Assembly: GCF_009734345.1 (NCBI RefSeq)
Contig: NZ_CP032551.1
Coordinates: 1-32,000 of the forward strand
Direction of reading: 5' to 3'
Length of the DNA stretch: 32,000 nucleotides
From: Pseudidiomarina andamanensis
GTDB lineage: Bacteria > Pseudomonadota > Gammaproteobacteria > Enterobacterales > Alteromonadaceae
The notes beneath the pieces are model-generated. The model did not search any database. It worked only from the letters and a program-made list of their open reading frames with translations, and had not been told where the DNA came from. Both the position numbers and the translations under genes were made by a program. Positions 1 through 10,085 of the stretch are shown here, piece by piece. The first letter of the stretch is position 1. Every line of letters starts with the position of its first letter.

Positions 1-1122
1 TACATAGGCCTACCCACCGCAGCTTTGCTGGCCAATCAAGGCTATCGTGTTCATGGTGTGGATGTGACACCTGAGGTGGTTGACACCATTAACCAAGGTA
101 ATATTCACATTGTTGAACCTGAGCTAGATGCTTATGTTGCAAAAGCGGTGGCGAATAAACAGTTGACAGCTTCACTGGAAGCGAAAACGGCCGATGTTTT
201 TGTGCTAGCGGTACCGACGCCTTTTCATGAAGGACATGTGCCCAATATCGATTATGTAATCGCTGCAACGAAATCAATCGCAGGCGTTTTAAAAGCCTAT
301 GATCTTGTTATTTTAGAGTCAACCTCACCGGTTGGCACTACAGAAATAGTCGAGACCACCCTGCAAGAAGCGGGTGTTGATACGTCAAGTTTATATATTG
401 CGCACTGCCCGGAACGTGTCCTTCCTGGACACATTATGCGCGAGCTGGTTGAAAATGACCGTATTGTCGGTGGTTTAACTCCCGAGGCCAGCGAAAAAGT
501 TGCAGATTTCTATCGAACTTTTGTCTCGGGCGAAGTATTAGTGACCGATGCGCGTACTGCAGAAATGGCGAAACTTACCGAGAATAGTTTCCGCGACGTG
601 AACATTGCTTTCGCCAATGAGCTTTCAATTTTGTGTGACAAGTTTAACATCGACGTCTGGGAGCTAATTCGACTCGCCAACCGTCATCCGCGCGTTAATA
701 TTTTGCAGCCTGGAACAGGTGTCGGAGGGCATTGTATTGCCGTGGATCCTTGGTTTATTGTTCATGCCGGTGGAGATGATGCTCGTATCATTCGCGCTGC
801 GCGCGAAATTAACGATTACAAAACTGAATGGGTTATTAAACGCATTTTGAGTGAAGTACAAGAGTTTGAAGAAAAGTATGGTAAGGCACCCACAATTGCT
901 TGTATGGGGCTTGCATTCAAACCGAACATTGACGACTTGCGTGAATCTCCAGCACTCGAAGTGCTTCAAGCACTTCAGAAATCAGATATTGAGGTTTTAG
1001 CAGTAGAGCCTAACTTGAAACAACATGGAAGCATTCATTTGACGGATTATCATCGGGCAGCCGAGATTGCGGATGTCATTATTTATCTGGTTGCTCACAA
1101 CGAATTTAAAACCGAAAAGTAA
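1..1122 (+). CDS. wecC: UDP-N-acetyl-D-mannosamine dehydrogenase (UDP-sugar 6-dehydrogenase family), 5' end cut by the window edge
   Basis: Frame 1 is open from base 1 (YIGLPTAALLANQGY..., the tail of the N-terminal Rossmann region) and runs into the 365-aa track ORF. It has the catalytic-Cys motif GGHCI and the C-terminal GLAFKPNIDDLRESPA motif typical of WecC/Cap5O. A wecB homolog follows immediately. Confidence 0.88.
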   Translation, partial: YIGLPTAALLANQGYRVHGVDVTPEVVDTINQGNIHIVEPELDAYVAKAVANKQLTASLEAKTADVFVLAVPTPFHEGHVPNIDYVIAATKSIAGVLKAYDLVILESTSPVGTTEIVETTLQEAGVDTSSLYIAHCPERVLPGHIMRELVENDRIVGGLTPEASEKVADFYRTFVSGEVLVTDARTAEMAKLTENSFRDVNIAFANELSILCDKFNIDVWELIRLANRHPRVNILQPGTGVGGHCIAVDPWFIVHAGGDDARIIRAAREINDYKTEWVIKRILSEVQEFEEKYGKAPTIACMGLAFKPNIDDLRESPALEVLQALQKSDIEVLAVEPNLKQHGSIHLTDYHRAAEIADVIIYLVAHNEFKTEK

Positions 1123-1175
1123 AAGGGATGGTTTTAGATTTTTGTGGTGTCACGGTCAACAAATAGGGATTAGCG

Positions 1176-2309
1176 ATGAAGGTTTTGTTGGCGTTTGGAA
1201 CACGCCCTGAAGCGATCAAAATGGCTCCTTTGGTTAAAGCCTTACAGGCAAATAGCGATTTTGAGGTGATCGTTGCTGTTACTGCACAGCATCGCGAGAT
1301 GCTCGATCAAGTATTATCTTTGTTTGAAATTACGCCGAATTATGATTTGAACCTGATGAAGTCAGGACAAGATTTATATGACATTACTTCCGGTGTGTTA
1401 TTGGGTATGCGCGAAATCTTGCAAAAGGAAAACCCAGATATTGTTTTAGTGCACGGTGACAGCGACAACTTTCGCAGCATCCTTAGGAGCTTTTTATGCT
1501 CGCATTCCGGTTGGGCATGTTGAAGCTGGGCTGCGCACTCATAACTTATACTCCCCATGGCCAGAAGAAGCGAACCGGCAATTGACCGGTCGCTTGGCAA
1601 AGTATCACTTTGTACCGACAGAGCGTAATCGTCGAGATTTACTTGCAGAGCAGATTTTAGATAAAAATTTATCGTTACCGGCAATACAGTTATTGATGCG
1701 TTGCATTGGGTCATCAATAAGATTGAGAATGATGCTGACTTACAACAATCGATTCAAAATCAACTCACTGAAGTTGGTCTTTCTGTTAATTTGCAAGACA
1801 AGAAGTTTGTATTGGTCACTGGTCATCGCAGAGAAAACTTCGGGCATGGGATTGAGAATATTTGCGAGGCACTAAAACAACTCGCGACAACTTATCGAGA
1901 TGTACACTTTGTTTATCCTGTTCACTTGAATCCAAATGTACAAAAACCGGTGCGTCGGCTGTTAACAGGTTTAGATAACGTTCATTTGATTGAGCCTCTA
2001 GGCTATGAGCCTTTCGTGTACCTGATGCAGCAGTGCTACTTGGTGTTAACTGATAGCGGTGGTGTGCAAGAAGAAGCGCCTGGGCTCGGCAAACCAGTTC
2101 TGGTAATGCGAGACACGACTGAGAGGCCTGAAGCGGTAGAGGCTGGGACTGTAAAGTTAGTTGGCACTTGTATCGCTGCTATTGTCGAAGAAGTGTCTGA
2201 ACTGTTATCTAATCAGCAAGCCTATGCTGTAATGTCTCGGGCTCATAACCCTTATGGAAACGGGACGGCTTGTAGGAATATTTTAGTTAATTTGCAGCGA
2301 ACAATTTAA
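1176..2309 (+). pseudogene. wecB: UDP-N-acetylglucosamine 2-epimerase (WecB/Cap5P type), interrupted by two frameshifts
   Basis: Three consecutive track ORFs (1176-1523, 1456-1875, 1701-2309) together give a colinear WecB sequence: [18 protein letters not shown]...VLVHGD / [27 protein letters not shown]...SPWPEEANR / [12 protein letters not shown]...VTGHRREN...PVHLNPNV...LTDSGGVQEEAP...MRDTTERPE. Frame changes occur near 1458-1462 and in the A5 run at 1663-1667. Confidence 0.85.
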
Positions 2310-2321
2310 GTGGGTTGAATA

Positions 2322-3439
2322 GTGAAGAAGAATTTGGTGATCGTTACAAATATAATCCCTCATTATAACTTGAGTTTTTATGCTCGTTTAACATCCGAGT
2401 TAAAAGAGAAATACAACGTCATTATAATTGCAGATCAAGCATCAGATAGTGATGTTTTTGTAAAAAACGAAGAAGAGGCCGACATTAATGTTGTTAGCCT
2501 TCCATTTTTAAAGACTGGAAGGTTTACTTATCGTAAAGGTTTAGTAGGGGCACTTCGACGTTTAAATCCGGACAAAGTTGTTGTTTACGGAAATCCCAGA
2601 GATATGGCTGTGTGGCTGGTGTTAATTTACTTAAAGTTGACAAGAAAGTGGTGTGCTGCATATGGGATGTTTCACCGAATCGGGGGAATGAATAGGTTTT
2701 CAAGAGTGGCGTATAAAGCTTTTGGTATACTTTCTCGCAAGCTATTTACCTACTCACGAAGAGGTGCGATTACGTTAGATGCACTAGGTGTAGACTCTAA
2801 TAAAATAAAAGTAATTGGAACAGCAATTGATAACAACGAAGAAATTCAATTTTTGATAAAGATACCCAAGCTAAGTTTGTCGCGGATCATCAATTAGAGG
2901 GAAAAACGGTTGTTCTTCAAGTCGTAAGGCTATCAGCATATAAAAAACCAGGTTTCATTGTTGATGCTGCGCAGGAAATGATTTTAAAAAATAAGAGGCT
3001 ACTTTTTGTTCTGATTGGAGGTGGAGAACTCTTGGAAGAACTTAAAGTAAAAGTCGCGAGACTTGAGTTAGAGCAGTCGATACGAATATTAGGGCCTTGC
3101 TATGACAAAAATCAATTATCTTTATGGTTTTCCGTAGCAAAGATTTCAATTGTGCCTACATGCATTGGCCTTAGTGCTCATCATTCTTTGGGGTTCGGAG
3201 TTCCAGTGATGACGGATGACAGTATCGCAAACCAAGCATCAGAATTTGATATTCTTCAACATGGCTTGAACGCAGTAGTCTACAAAGAAGGCTCAATTAA
3301 TGATTTCATCTTAAAACTTGAGAGCTTTCTGGATAATGAGAAAATGCAAGAGAGTTTATCTCAAGGGGCTTTAAACACAATTAAGTACAATTCTAATTTA
3401 GAGACTAAAGTTCGTAACTTCATAGATGCTCTTTCATAA
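2322..3439 (+). pseudogene. GT4-family glycosyltransferase split by one frameshift
   Basis: The N-terminal half is 2322-2897 (GTG start). The C-terminal half stays open upstream of 2978 back to about 2834 in another frame (...FDKDTQAKFVADHQLEGKTVVLQVVRLSAYKKPGF...LIGGGELLEELK...GLSAHHSLGFGVPVM). The two halves join naturally across the T5 run at 2850-2854. Confidence 0.72.
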
Positions 3440-3478
3440 TAAGGCATCCTAATAAGTAAGTAGGTTTCGATAAGTTCA

Positions 3479-4606
3479 ATGAATCTTCGCGTTTGTATAA
3501 ATACTTCGAATCTCCACAATGGAGGCGGAGTGCAAGTTGCTACGTCTTTTTTACGAGAGCTTAGCGATATAGAGTGTGCGTTTAGCGATAACGAAGTCAT
3601 TATTTACGTTTCGTCGGAAGTCGCAGAAAATCTAGGTGATACAGTACATCAGCTCAAGCAGAACTTCGATGTGCAAGAATTTGATGTTTTTGGATTAGCT
3701 GCTTTCTCGCCCAAAATAAGAAAAAAGTACCATAATTTCGATTTGATATTTAGCCTTTTTGGTCCCGATTATTTACCGATGATTGGAGCAAAAAAAGTTA
3801 TTGGGTTTGCCCAGCCTTGGATTTTGTACAATAACAGTGATGCCTATCAAAGTCTTGGTTTGTTATCTGCATTGAAATCAAAAATGACATTCTGGCTCAA
3901 AAAGCAATTATTCAAAGGGGCTGATGCTTATGTTGTTGAATTAGAGCACGTGAAAGAAAGGATGTTATCTAAAAATATCGGCCATGAGAATAACATTCAT
4001 ATTGCCTACAACACGATTTCTGGTAATTACAGGGAAATGAAAGAGCAAAAACTACAACTTGCTGAGAAAACCTCCGAAGTTTTCAAGCTAGGAATTATTT
4101 CAAGAAATTACTCCCATAAAAATCTATCCATTCTTCCTGAGGTCAAACTAATTCTTGAAGAGCGATATCACCAAAAAATTGAGTTTTATGTCACCTTCAA
4201 AAAAGAAGAGTTTCATGGAGAATCATCTATTTTTCAAAATCAAGTAGTGAACTTGGGGCCTAAGAAAGTTGACGAGTGTATAGATACTTACTTGGAATTT
4301 GATGGTGTTTTCTTCCCTTCATTATTAGAATGTTTTTCAGCAACGCCACTTGAAGCAATGGCTACAGGGCGAGCTCTTTTCGCATCAGACCGACCATTTA
4401 ACCGCAACGTTTGTGGTGAACATGCATATTACTTCGACCCTCTGAGTCCTGAAGATGCGGCGCGTGTAATCGATGACTATATAGAGAATAAATGGCGACG
4501 CGATCTCGAAGAACGACTTGCTGCTCGCGAGCATGCGATTAATTTTTCGAATCCGCGAGATCGCGCATTAAAATATATTGAAGTAATAAATAAGGTTCTC
4601 TCCTAA
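3479..4606 (+). CDS. GT4-family glycosyltransferase
   Basis: 375-aa ORF with a C-terminal GT-B retaining-transferase signature (FFPSLLECFSATPLEAMATGRALFASD). AT-rich like the neighbouring glycan genes. Its stop overlaps the fnlA start. Confidence 0.78.
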   Translation: MNLRVCINTSNLHNGGGVQVATSFLRELSDIECAFSDNEVIIYVSSEVAENLGDTVHQLKQNFDVQEFDVFGLAAFSPKIRKKYHNFDLIFSLFGPDYLPMIGAKKVIGFAQPWILYNNSDAYQSLGLLSALKSKMTFWLKKQLFKGADAYVVELEHVKERMLSKNIGHENNIHIAYNTISGNYREMKEQKLQLAEKTSEVFKLGIISRNYSHKNLSILPEVKLILEERYHQKIEFYVTFKKEEFHGESSIFQNQVVNLGPKKVDECIDTYLEFDGVFFPSLLECFSATPLEAMATGRALFASDRPFNRNVCGEHAYYFDPLSPEDAARVIDDYIENKWRRDLEERLAAREHAINFSNPRDRALKYIEVINKVLS

Positions 4607-5640
4607 TGTTCAACGGAAAAAAACTTCTCATCACCGGCGGCACCGGCTCTTTTGGTAACGCCGTCCTTCGCCGCTTTCTATACACGGACATCGCTGAAGT
4701 CCGCATTTTCAGCCGCGACGAAAAAAAGCAAGACGACATGCGTAAAGCGTACAATAATCCTAAGCTTAAGTTTTATATTGGTGATGTACGTGATTACCAA
4801 AGCGTGTTGAACGCAACACGTGGCGTTGATTTTATCTATCACGCAGCCGCATTAAAGCAAGTACCATCGTGTGAGTTCCATCCAATGGAAGCAGTTAAAA
4901 CGAACGTTATCGGTACAGAAAACGTCCTTGAAGCAGCTATTCAAAATGAAGTGAAGCGCGTGGTGTGTTTAAGCACCGATAAGGCCGTTTACCCAATTAA
5001 TGCTATGGGTATTTCGAAAGCCATGATGGAAAAAGTCATGGTGGCAAAATCACGTAACGTAGATGAAAGCAAAACCGTTATTTGCGGTACCCGCTATGGC
5101 AACGTTATGGCTTCACGTGGCTCAGTTATTCCGCTGTTTGTAGACCAAATTCGTGCTGGTAAACCTATCACCATGACTGACCCGTCAATGACGCGATTCA
5201 TGATGACCCTTGATGATGCGGTAGACCTCGTACTCTACGCTTTTGAACACGGTACAAACGGTGATATTTTTGTTCAAAAAGCACCAGCAGCAACCATCGA
5301 CACACTATCTAAAGCCATTTTGTCGTTGATTAATAAAGACGATTATCCAAATCAAGTTATTGGTACACGTCACGGCGAAAAACTCTACGAAGCGTTGCTC
5401 TCTCGTGAAGAAATGGCCTGTGCTGAAGATATGGGACAATACTATCGTGTACCGCCAGATTTACGAGATTTAAACTACGCCAAATATGTTGAAGAAGGTG
5501 ATAGCAAAATTGGCGAAGTGGAAGATTACAATTCACACAACACCGAGCGTCTTGATGTTGATGGCATGAAGAAACTCTTGCTTAAACTCGATTTTATGCG
5601 TGCGTTTGCCGCTGGCGAATATATTCATCCAGAAGGTTAA
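4606..5640 (+). CDS. fnlA: UDP-N-acetylglucosamine 4,6-dehydratase/5-epimerase (FnlA/CapE/WbjB)
   Basis: 344 aa. N-terminal KKLLITGGTGSFGNAVLRRFL, and a C-terminal region typical of CapE-type extended SDRs. First gene of the conserved three-gene L-FucNAc set. Confidence 0.92.
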   Translation: MFNGKKLLITGGTGSFGNAVLRRFLYTDIAEVRIFSRDEKKQDDMRKAYNNPKLKFYIGDVRDYQSVLNATRGVDFIYHAAALKQVPSCEFHPMEAVKTNVIGTENVLEAAIQNEVKRVVCLSTDKAVYPINAMGISKAMMEKVMVAKSRNVDESKTVICGTRYGNVMASRGSVIPLFVDQIRAGKPITMTDPSMTRFMMTLDDAVDLVLYAFEHGTNGDIFVQKAPAATIDTLSKAILSLINKDDYPNQVIGTRHGEKLYEALLSREEMACAEDMGQYYRVPPDLRDLNYAKYVEEGDSKIGEVEDYNSHNTERLDVDGMKKLLLKLDFMRAFAAGEYIHPEG

Positions 5641-5643
5641 ATT

Positions 5644-6816
5644 ATGAAGCTGTTAATTACCGGAGCAAACGGATTCGTCGGTAAGAACTTGCAAGTTCAT
5701 TTAAATGAAATGCCTGACGTGAGCTTTAAATGCTACACGCGCGAAAATCATGTCAGTGAACTTAAAAGCATGTTGCAAGATGTTGATGCTGTTATTCATT
5801 TAGCTGGTGTGAACCGTCCGCAACATGAACAGGAATTTCAAGAAGGCAATGCCGATTTAACTCAAGCATTGGCTGATTCGGTTCGTAGCGTTTCAAAAGA
5901 GCAGAAGCGTCGTATTCCAATTCTTTATAGCTCGTCTATTCAAGCAGAGCGTGACAACCCGTACGGGCGAAGTAAAAAAGCCGCTGAAGATATCTTGCGT
6001 AAGCTTTATGGTGAAACGCAAAACCCAGTGTATATCTATCGATTAGCCAATGTATTTGGTAAGTGGTGCAAACCGAACTACAACTCAATGGTTGCGACAT
6101 TTTGTCATAACATAGCGCGTGATTTGCCCATTCAAATTAACGATGAAAAAGCGCAAGTACAACTTGTCTATGTTGATGACGTCATCGAAGCGCTTTTGAA
6201 AATTGCGTTCAAAGCCATCACCGCGATTAGAAACAAGAAACCTGCGCCTGTATCTGGTTTGAAACTTGCCGGGCCAGTGCATACGAAAACTGTGGGTGAC
6301 ATCGCAAAACACATTCAAGCATTTAAGAATAGCCGCGAAACGCTGATTACCGAGCGCGTTGGAACCTATTTTAAGCGTAAGTTGTATTCAACGTATGTGA
6401 GCTACTTACCAACGGACAAGTTCACTTATACAGTGCCGAAGTATGGCGATGAACGCGGTGTATTTGTCGAAATGCTGAAAACTCCAGATAGCGGACAGTT
6501 TTCATTTTTTACGGCGCACCCAGGCATTACTCGTGGCGGGCATTATCATCACACCAAAACCGAAAAGTTTTTGGTGATTAAGGGTAAAGCGAGCTTCAAA
6601 TTCCGTCATGTGGTGACCAATGAGTTTTATGAGTTGTTTACTGACGGCGATAATCCTGAAATTGTTGAAACGGTGCCCGGTTGGAGTCACGACATTACCA
6701 ATATTGGCAATGAAGAGATGGTGGTGATGTTATGGGCGAACGAAATATTCGACAGAGAAAAGCCGGATACCTATGCTAGCCCTGTATTAAATAACACCGA
6801 ACAAACGAAAAAATAA
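5644..6816 (+). CDS. fnlB: UDP-4-keto-6-deoxy-HexNAc 3-epimerase/4-reductase (FnlB/CapF/WbjC), SDR plus C-terminal cupin domain
   Basis: 390 aa. N-terminal Rossmann motif ITGANGFVGKNL plus a C-terminal cupin-like region (GITRGGHYHHTKTEKF), which is the two-domain CapF architecture. Lies between fnlA and fnlC. Confidence 0.9.
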   Translation: MKLLITGANGFVGKNLQVHLNEMPDVSFKCYTRENHVSELKSMLQDVDAVIHLAGVNRPQHEQEFQEGNADLTQALADSVRSVSKEQKRRIPILYSSSIQAERDNPYGRSKKAAEDILRKLYGETQNPVYIYRLANVFGKWCKPNYNSMVATFCHNIARDLPIQINDEKAQVQLVYVDDVIEALLKIAFKAITAIRNKKPAPVSGLKLAGPVHTKTVGDIAKHIQAFKNSRETLITERVGTYFKRKLYSTYVSYLPTDKFTYTVPKYGDERGVFVEMLKTPDSGQFSFFTAHPGITRGGHYHHTKTEKFLVIKGKASFKFRHVVTNEFYELFTDGDNPEIVETVPGWSHDITNIGNEEMVVMLWANEIFDREKPDTYASPVLNNTEQTKK

Positions 6817-6830
6817 AAGAGCCGAATAGA

Positions 6831-7985
6831 ATGAAAAAACTTAAAGTCATGACCATTTTGGGCACTCGCCCAGAAATTATTCGTTTGTCGCGGGTGATGG
6901 CAGCACTTGATCAAGTTGTCGATCATAAGATTGTTCACACCGGTCAAAATTATGATTACGAGTTGAACGATGTATTTTTTGAAGAACTCGGTGTACGTCA
7001 ACCCGATCATTTTCTCAATGTCGATACGTCAAGCTTAGGTCGCAGCCTCGGCGAAATACTAATCAAAACTGAGCAGGTGATTTTAGAAGAAAAGCCCGAT
7101 GCCGTATTAGTACTTGGCGATACCAACAGCGCCACTGCGACCATTATGGCAAAGCGCATGAAAGTACCGACTTATCATATGGAAGCTGGTAATCGTAGCT
7201 TCGATGCGAACGTGCCGGAAGAGATTAATCGCAAACTAGTGGATCATCTTGCCGATTTTAACTTGGTATACACCGAACATGCGCGCCGTCATTTAATTAG
7301 CGAAGGCTTGTCGCATCGCTTTATATATTTAACAGGCTCGCCAATGCGCGAAGTGCTGGAGCACTCACTCGACTCAATTCAGAACTCGAATGTGTTGAAA
7401 CAACTCGAATTAGAACCGGGTAAGTTTTTTATTGTTAGCGTGCACCGTGAAGAGAACGTCGATAGCAAAGAAAACTTAGCTAAAGTGGTTGAAGCGCTGA
7501 ACGCGTTATATGAAGAGTATGGTTACCCCGTGGTGGTCTCGACACACCCGCGCACACGTAACCGCCTTGAAAAACTTGGTTTAGATAAAATTAGCGGCGA
7601 TATTCGCTTCTTAAAACCATTCGGTTTCTTTGATTACAACAAACTACAAATGGAAGCGTTCTGTGCCATTTCCGACAGCGGTACCATTAGCGAAGAATCA
7701 TCTATTTTGAATTTCCCTGCAGTAACGTTGCGCCGTTCCATTGAGCGCCCAGAAGCGCTCGATACCGGCGCTATTGCATTGACAGGCCTCGACAAAGACA
7801 CCCTCATTGAAGGTGTGCGTATTGCAACAGCGAGCCGAGATGTGTTTTCAGGCACTGAGCGTGAAATTCCGGAAGAATACAAAATCAGAAATACCTCAGA
7901 GCGTGTCGTGCGTTTAATTACAGGAACTGCAAAACTGACCCCTCACTGGAAGAATATGGATTCGTTTAGCCGATATGATTGGTAA
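6831..7985 (+). CDS. fnlC: UDP-2-acetamido-2,6-dideoxy-L-talose 2-epimerase (FnlC/CapG/WbjD), non-hydrolysing 2-epimerase family
   Basis: 384 aa. N-terminal LGTRPEIIRLS and DSGTISEESS motifs of the WecB-like epimerase fold. Third gene of the fnlABC set. Confidence 0.9.
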   Translation: MKKLKVMTILGTRPEIIRLSRVMAALDQVVDHKIVHTGQNYDYELNDVFFEELGVRQPDHFLNVDTSSLGRSLGEILIKTEQVILEEKPDAVLVLGDTNSATATIMAKRMKVPTYHMEAGNRSFDANVPEEINRKLVDHLADFNLVYTEHARRHLISEGLSHRFIYLTGSPMREVLEHSLDSIQNSNVLKQLELEPGKFFIVSVHREENVDSKENLAKVVEALNALYEEYGYPVVVSTHPRTRNRLEKLGLDKISGDIRFLKPFGFFDYNKLQMEAFCAISDSGTISEESSILNFPAVTLRRSIERPEALDTGAIALTGLDKDTLIEGVRIATASRDVFSGTEREIPEEYKIRNTSERVVRLITGTAKLTPHWKNMDSFSRYDW

Positions 7986-9177
7986 ACGCTCTGAAGTTGT
8001 AATTCCGACTGAATTTATAAGCCCGAAAAGCAATTCAACTGGCGAGTATTTCTTTCACATCATAGAACGTTTACTCATTGATAATGCACAAGTAAAACTT
8101 ATTATTCCGAAGAGTAAGGATAATCTTGTTGCATTTAAAGATTTAGAGTCTCGATTCGGAGGTTCAGTGACCTCAGAATTTATCTCCGAAAACTCGGATT
8201 ACAAAAGAGCAAGTCTCCGAAAGGCTATCAGTTCGATATTATTGACAGTAAAATTATGGTGGCGAGCACGTTCCTTGAGCAAACAAGTTAGCACCGTGTT
8301 TTGGGGTACAAACCCAGCCTTTCTAGTTCTTTTTATGAGCCTTTTTATTTCTTCCAATAAAGTTAAAAAGGTCATGCTGTGTTATGACATTTTTCCAGAT
8401 AACTTAATAGCAATTAGTAATAGCCGCATCTACGCGACTCTTGGTAAGTTAATTAGACCGATATTCTTGTTGGCTTATAAGCGAGTAAATAAAGTACTTG
8501 TAATTGGGGCGTGCATGAAATCTCGATTGATTGAATGGGGAGTCTCCAAAGAAAACGTAGTTTTGGTTAGTAACTGGGCGAATGAATCTGAAATTTTTCC
8601 TGTAGAGATGCCAGAGCGCTCTATAAACGCCATAGAGTTTCAATTCTTAGGTAATATTGGCCCACTTCAGGGACTTGAGCTACTTCTCGACTCTTTTCAA
8701 TTTGTTAGGTCTAAAAATATTAAGTTTAGTTTCTATGGTCGAGGGGCTTTTGTACAAAGCCTAAAAAACTTTATTGAAAGTAATGCTACCAATGTACACG
8801 TTCGGTTTGGTGGCGAAGTTGCAAGAGACAATCGAAATAAAACGTTGAATGATTGTGATGTCGCAGTTGTTTCACTTGATAAGCGGGTCACAGGCTTAGG
8901 AGTGCCTAGTAAAACTTATTTTTCTCTAGCAGTTGGAAAGCCGTTATTGGTGATTGCAGATGAGTCTGCAGAACCATCTCGGTTAGTTCGTGAATCAAAA
9001 CTGGGTTGGGTTTGTAGCAGCGAAGATTCGAAAGAGCTTGCAAAGACGATTGATAGAATAAGTGAGGAATGGTCAAGACGCCCCAACGCTGGTTATATAC
9101 ACTCCGAGTTTATTAAACGATTTTCGAAAGAATCTGGTGCATCGGCAATATCTAATGAAATATTGGAACGCGTGTGA
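7975..9177 (+). CDS. GT4-family glycosyltransferase, WbuB-like (candidate L-FucNAc transferase)
   Basis: 400-aa ORF overlapping the fnlC stop. It sits directly after fnlC, where wbuB/cap5L-type L-FucNAc transferases are normally found. It has a GT-B-like C-terminal half (VVSLDKRVTGLGVPSKTYFSLAVGKPLLV). The acceptor/donor assignment is inferred from context only. Confidence 0.7.
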   Translation: MIGKRSEVVIPTEFISPKSNSTGEYFFHIIERLLIDNAQVKLIIPKSKDNLVAFKDLESRFGGSVTSEFISENSDYKRASLRKAISSILLTVKLWWRARSLSKQVSTVFWGTNPAFLVLFMSLFISSNKVKKVMLCYDIFPDNLIAISNSRIYATLGKLIRPIFLLAYKRVNKVLVIGACMKSRLIEWGVSKENVVLVSNWANESEIFPVEMPERSINAIEFQFLGNIGPLQGLELLLDSFQFVRSKNIKFSFYGRGAFVQSLKNFIESNATNVHVRFGGEVARDNRNKTLNDCDVAVVSLDKRVTGLGVPSKTYFSLAVGKPLLVIADESAEPSRLVRESKLGWVCSSEDSKELAKTIDRISEEWSRRPNAGYIHSEFIKRFSKESGASAISNEILERV

Positions 9178-10085
9178 AGCTCACTAATATTTTGGTAACC
9201 GGTAGCAGTGGGTTTGTTGGCCGACATCTTGTCAAGAAACTAAGTGAGATAGGAGTTTCATTTAACTCTCTCGATCGAGCTAGGTTTTTAGCTACACATG
9301 AAATACCAACTGAAAAGTGTGAGATTGTAATTCATCTGGCTGGCAGAGCTCATGTGCTTCGCGAGAAATCAGCTGACCCTTACAAAGAGTTTTATACAGC
9401 AAACTGTAAATTTGCAATTGACGTAGCAAAAGCAGCGAGTACGAAGGGCTTAAAGCGTTTTGTATATGTTAGTAGCATTGGGGTTTTCGGCAAAAGTTGC
9501 TCTATTAATGCTCTTACCGAAGCGTCAGGGGTTGAACCGAAGGAGCACTACTCAACATCAAAATTGGAGGCTGAGGGTGAGCTAACATTGTTAAGCAGGG
9601 AGTTAGGTTTTGAGTTGGTTATTGTTCGCCCAGCCTTAGTATATGGTTACGATTCTCCGGGGAATATTAACCGACTTCTAGCATTGGTTGAAAAACTTCC
9701 AGTAATTCCTATTGCAGAGAAGACAAATAAACGAGCGTTGGTATATGTTGAAAACTTAGTTGATTTTCTACTTTTAACGACAAACCACCCTCGAGCTGCA
9801 GGCAAAGCGTTCAACATTGCCGACGATTCTATTTCTACCCATGAGATACTATCGGGGTTTGCTAAAGGGATGAAAAAGAAGCCAATATTATTCGCCGGTC
9901 CCCGAATTATTTGGAAGTTAATCTTCTTTCTTACTGGTAAGACAAAAATGTATGAGCAACTTTTCGAAAGTCTCGTAATTGATATGTCATATGCTCAAAA
10001 GGAACTCGGTTGGCAACCAAAGTTTGAGACTGGAATTGCACTCGAAAATACTGGACAGATGTTTATAAAAGGGAAATATTCGTGA
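9174..10085 (+). CDS. NAD-dependent epimerase/reductase (extended SDR); candidate UDP-4-keto-6-deoxy-GlcNAc 4-reductase (WbpV/Qnr/WreQ-like)
   Basis: GTG start overlapping the previous stop (GTGA). Has VTGSSGFVGRHL Rossmann and YSTSK catalytic motifs. The position between an L-FucNAc transferase and the initiating transferase matches the wbpV/qnr position in fnlABC-containing loci. Confidence 0.68.
   Translation: MKLTNILVTGSSGFVGRHLVKKLSEIGVSFNSLDRARFLATHEIPTEKCEIVIHLAGRAHVLREKSADPYKEFYTANCKFAIDVAKAASTKGLKRFVYVSSIGVFGKSCSINALTEASGVEPKEHYSTSKLEAEGELTLLSRELGFELVIVRPALVYGYDSPGNINRLLALVEKLPVIPIAEKTNKRALVYVENLVDFLLLTTNHPRAAGKAFNIADDSISTHEILSGFAKGMKKKPILFAGPRIIWKLIFFLTGKTKMYEQLFESLVIDMSYAQKELGWQPKFETGIALENTGQMFIKGKYS

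Noticed and set aside
1455-1670. Programmed ribosomal frameshifting or a functional split wecB
   Set aside because: There are no slippery heptamers or stimulatory structures at either site. Frame-0 translation terminates at 1523 before the second shift, and the middle segment has no independent start or RBS that would give a functional fragment.
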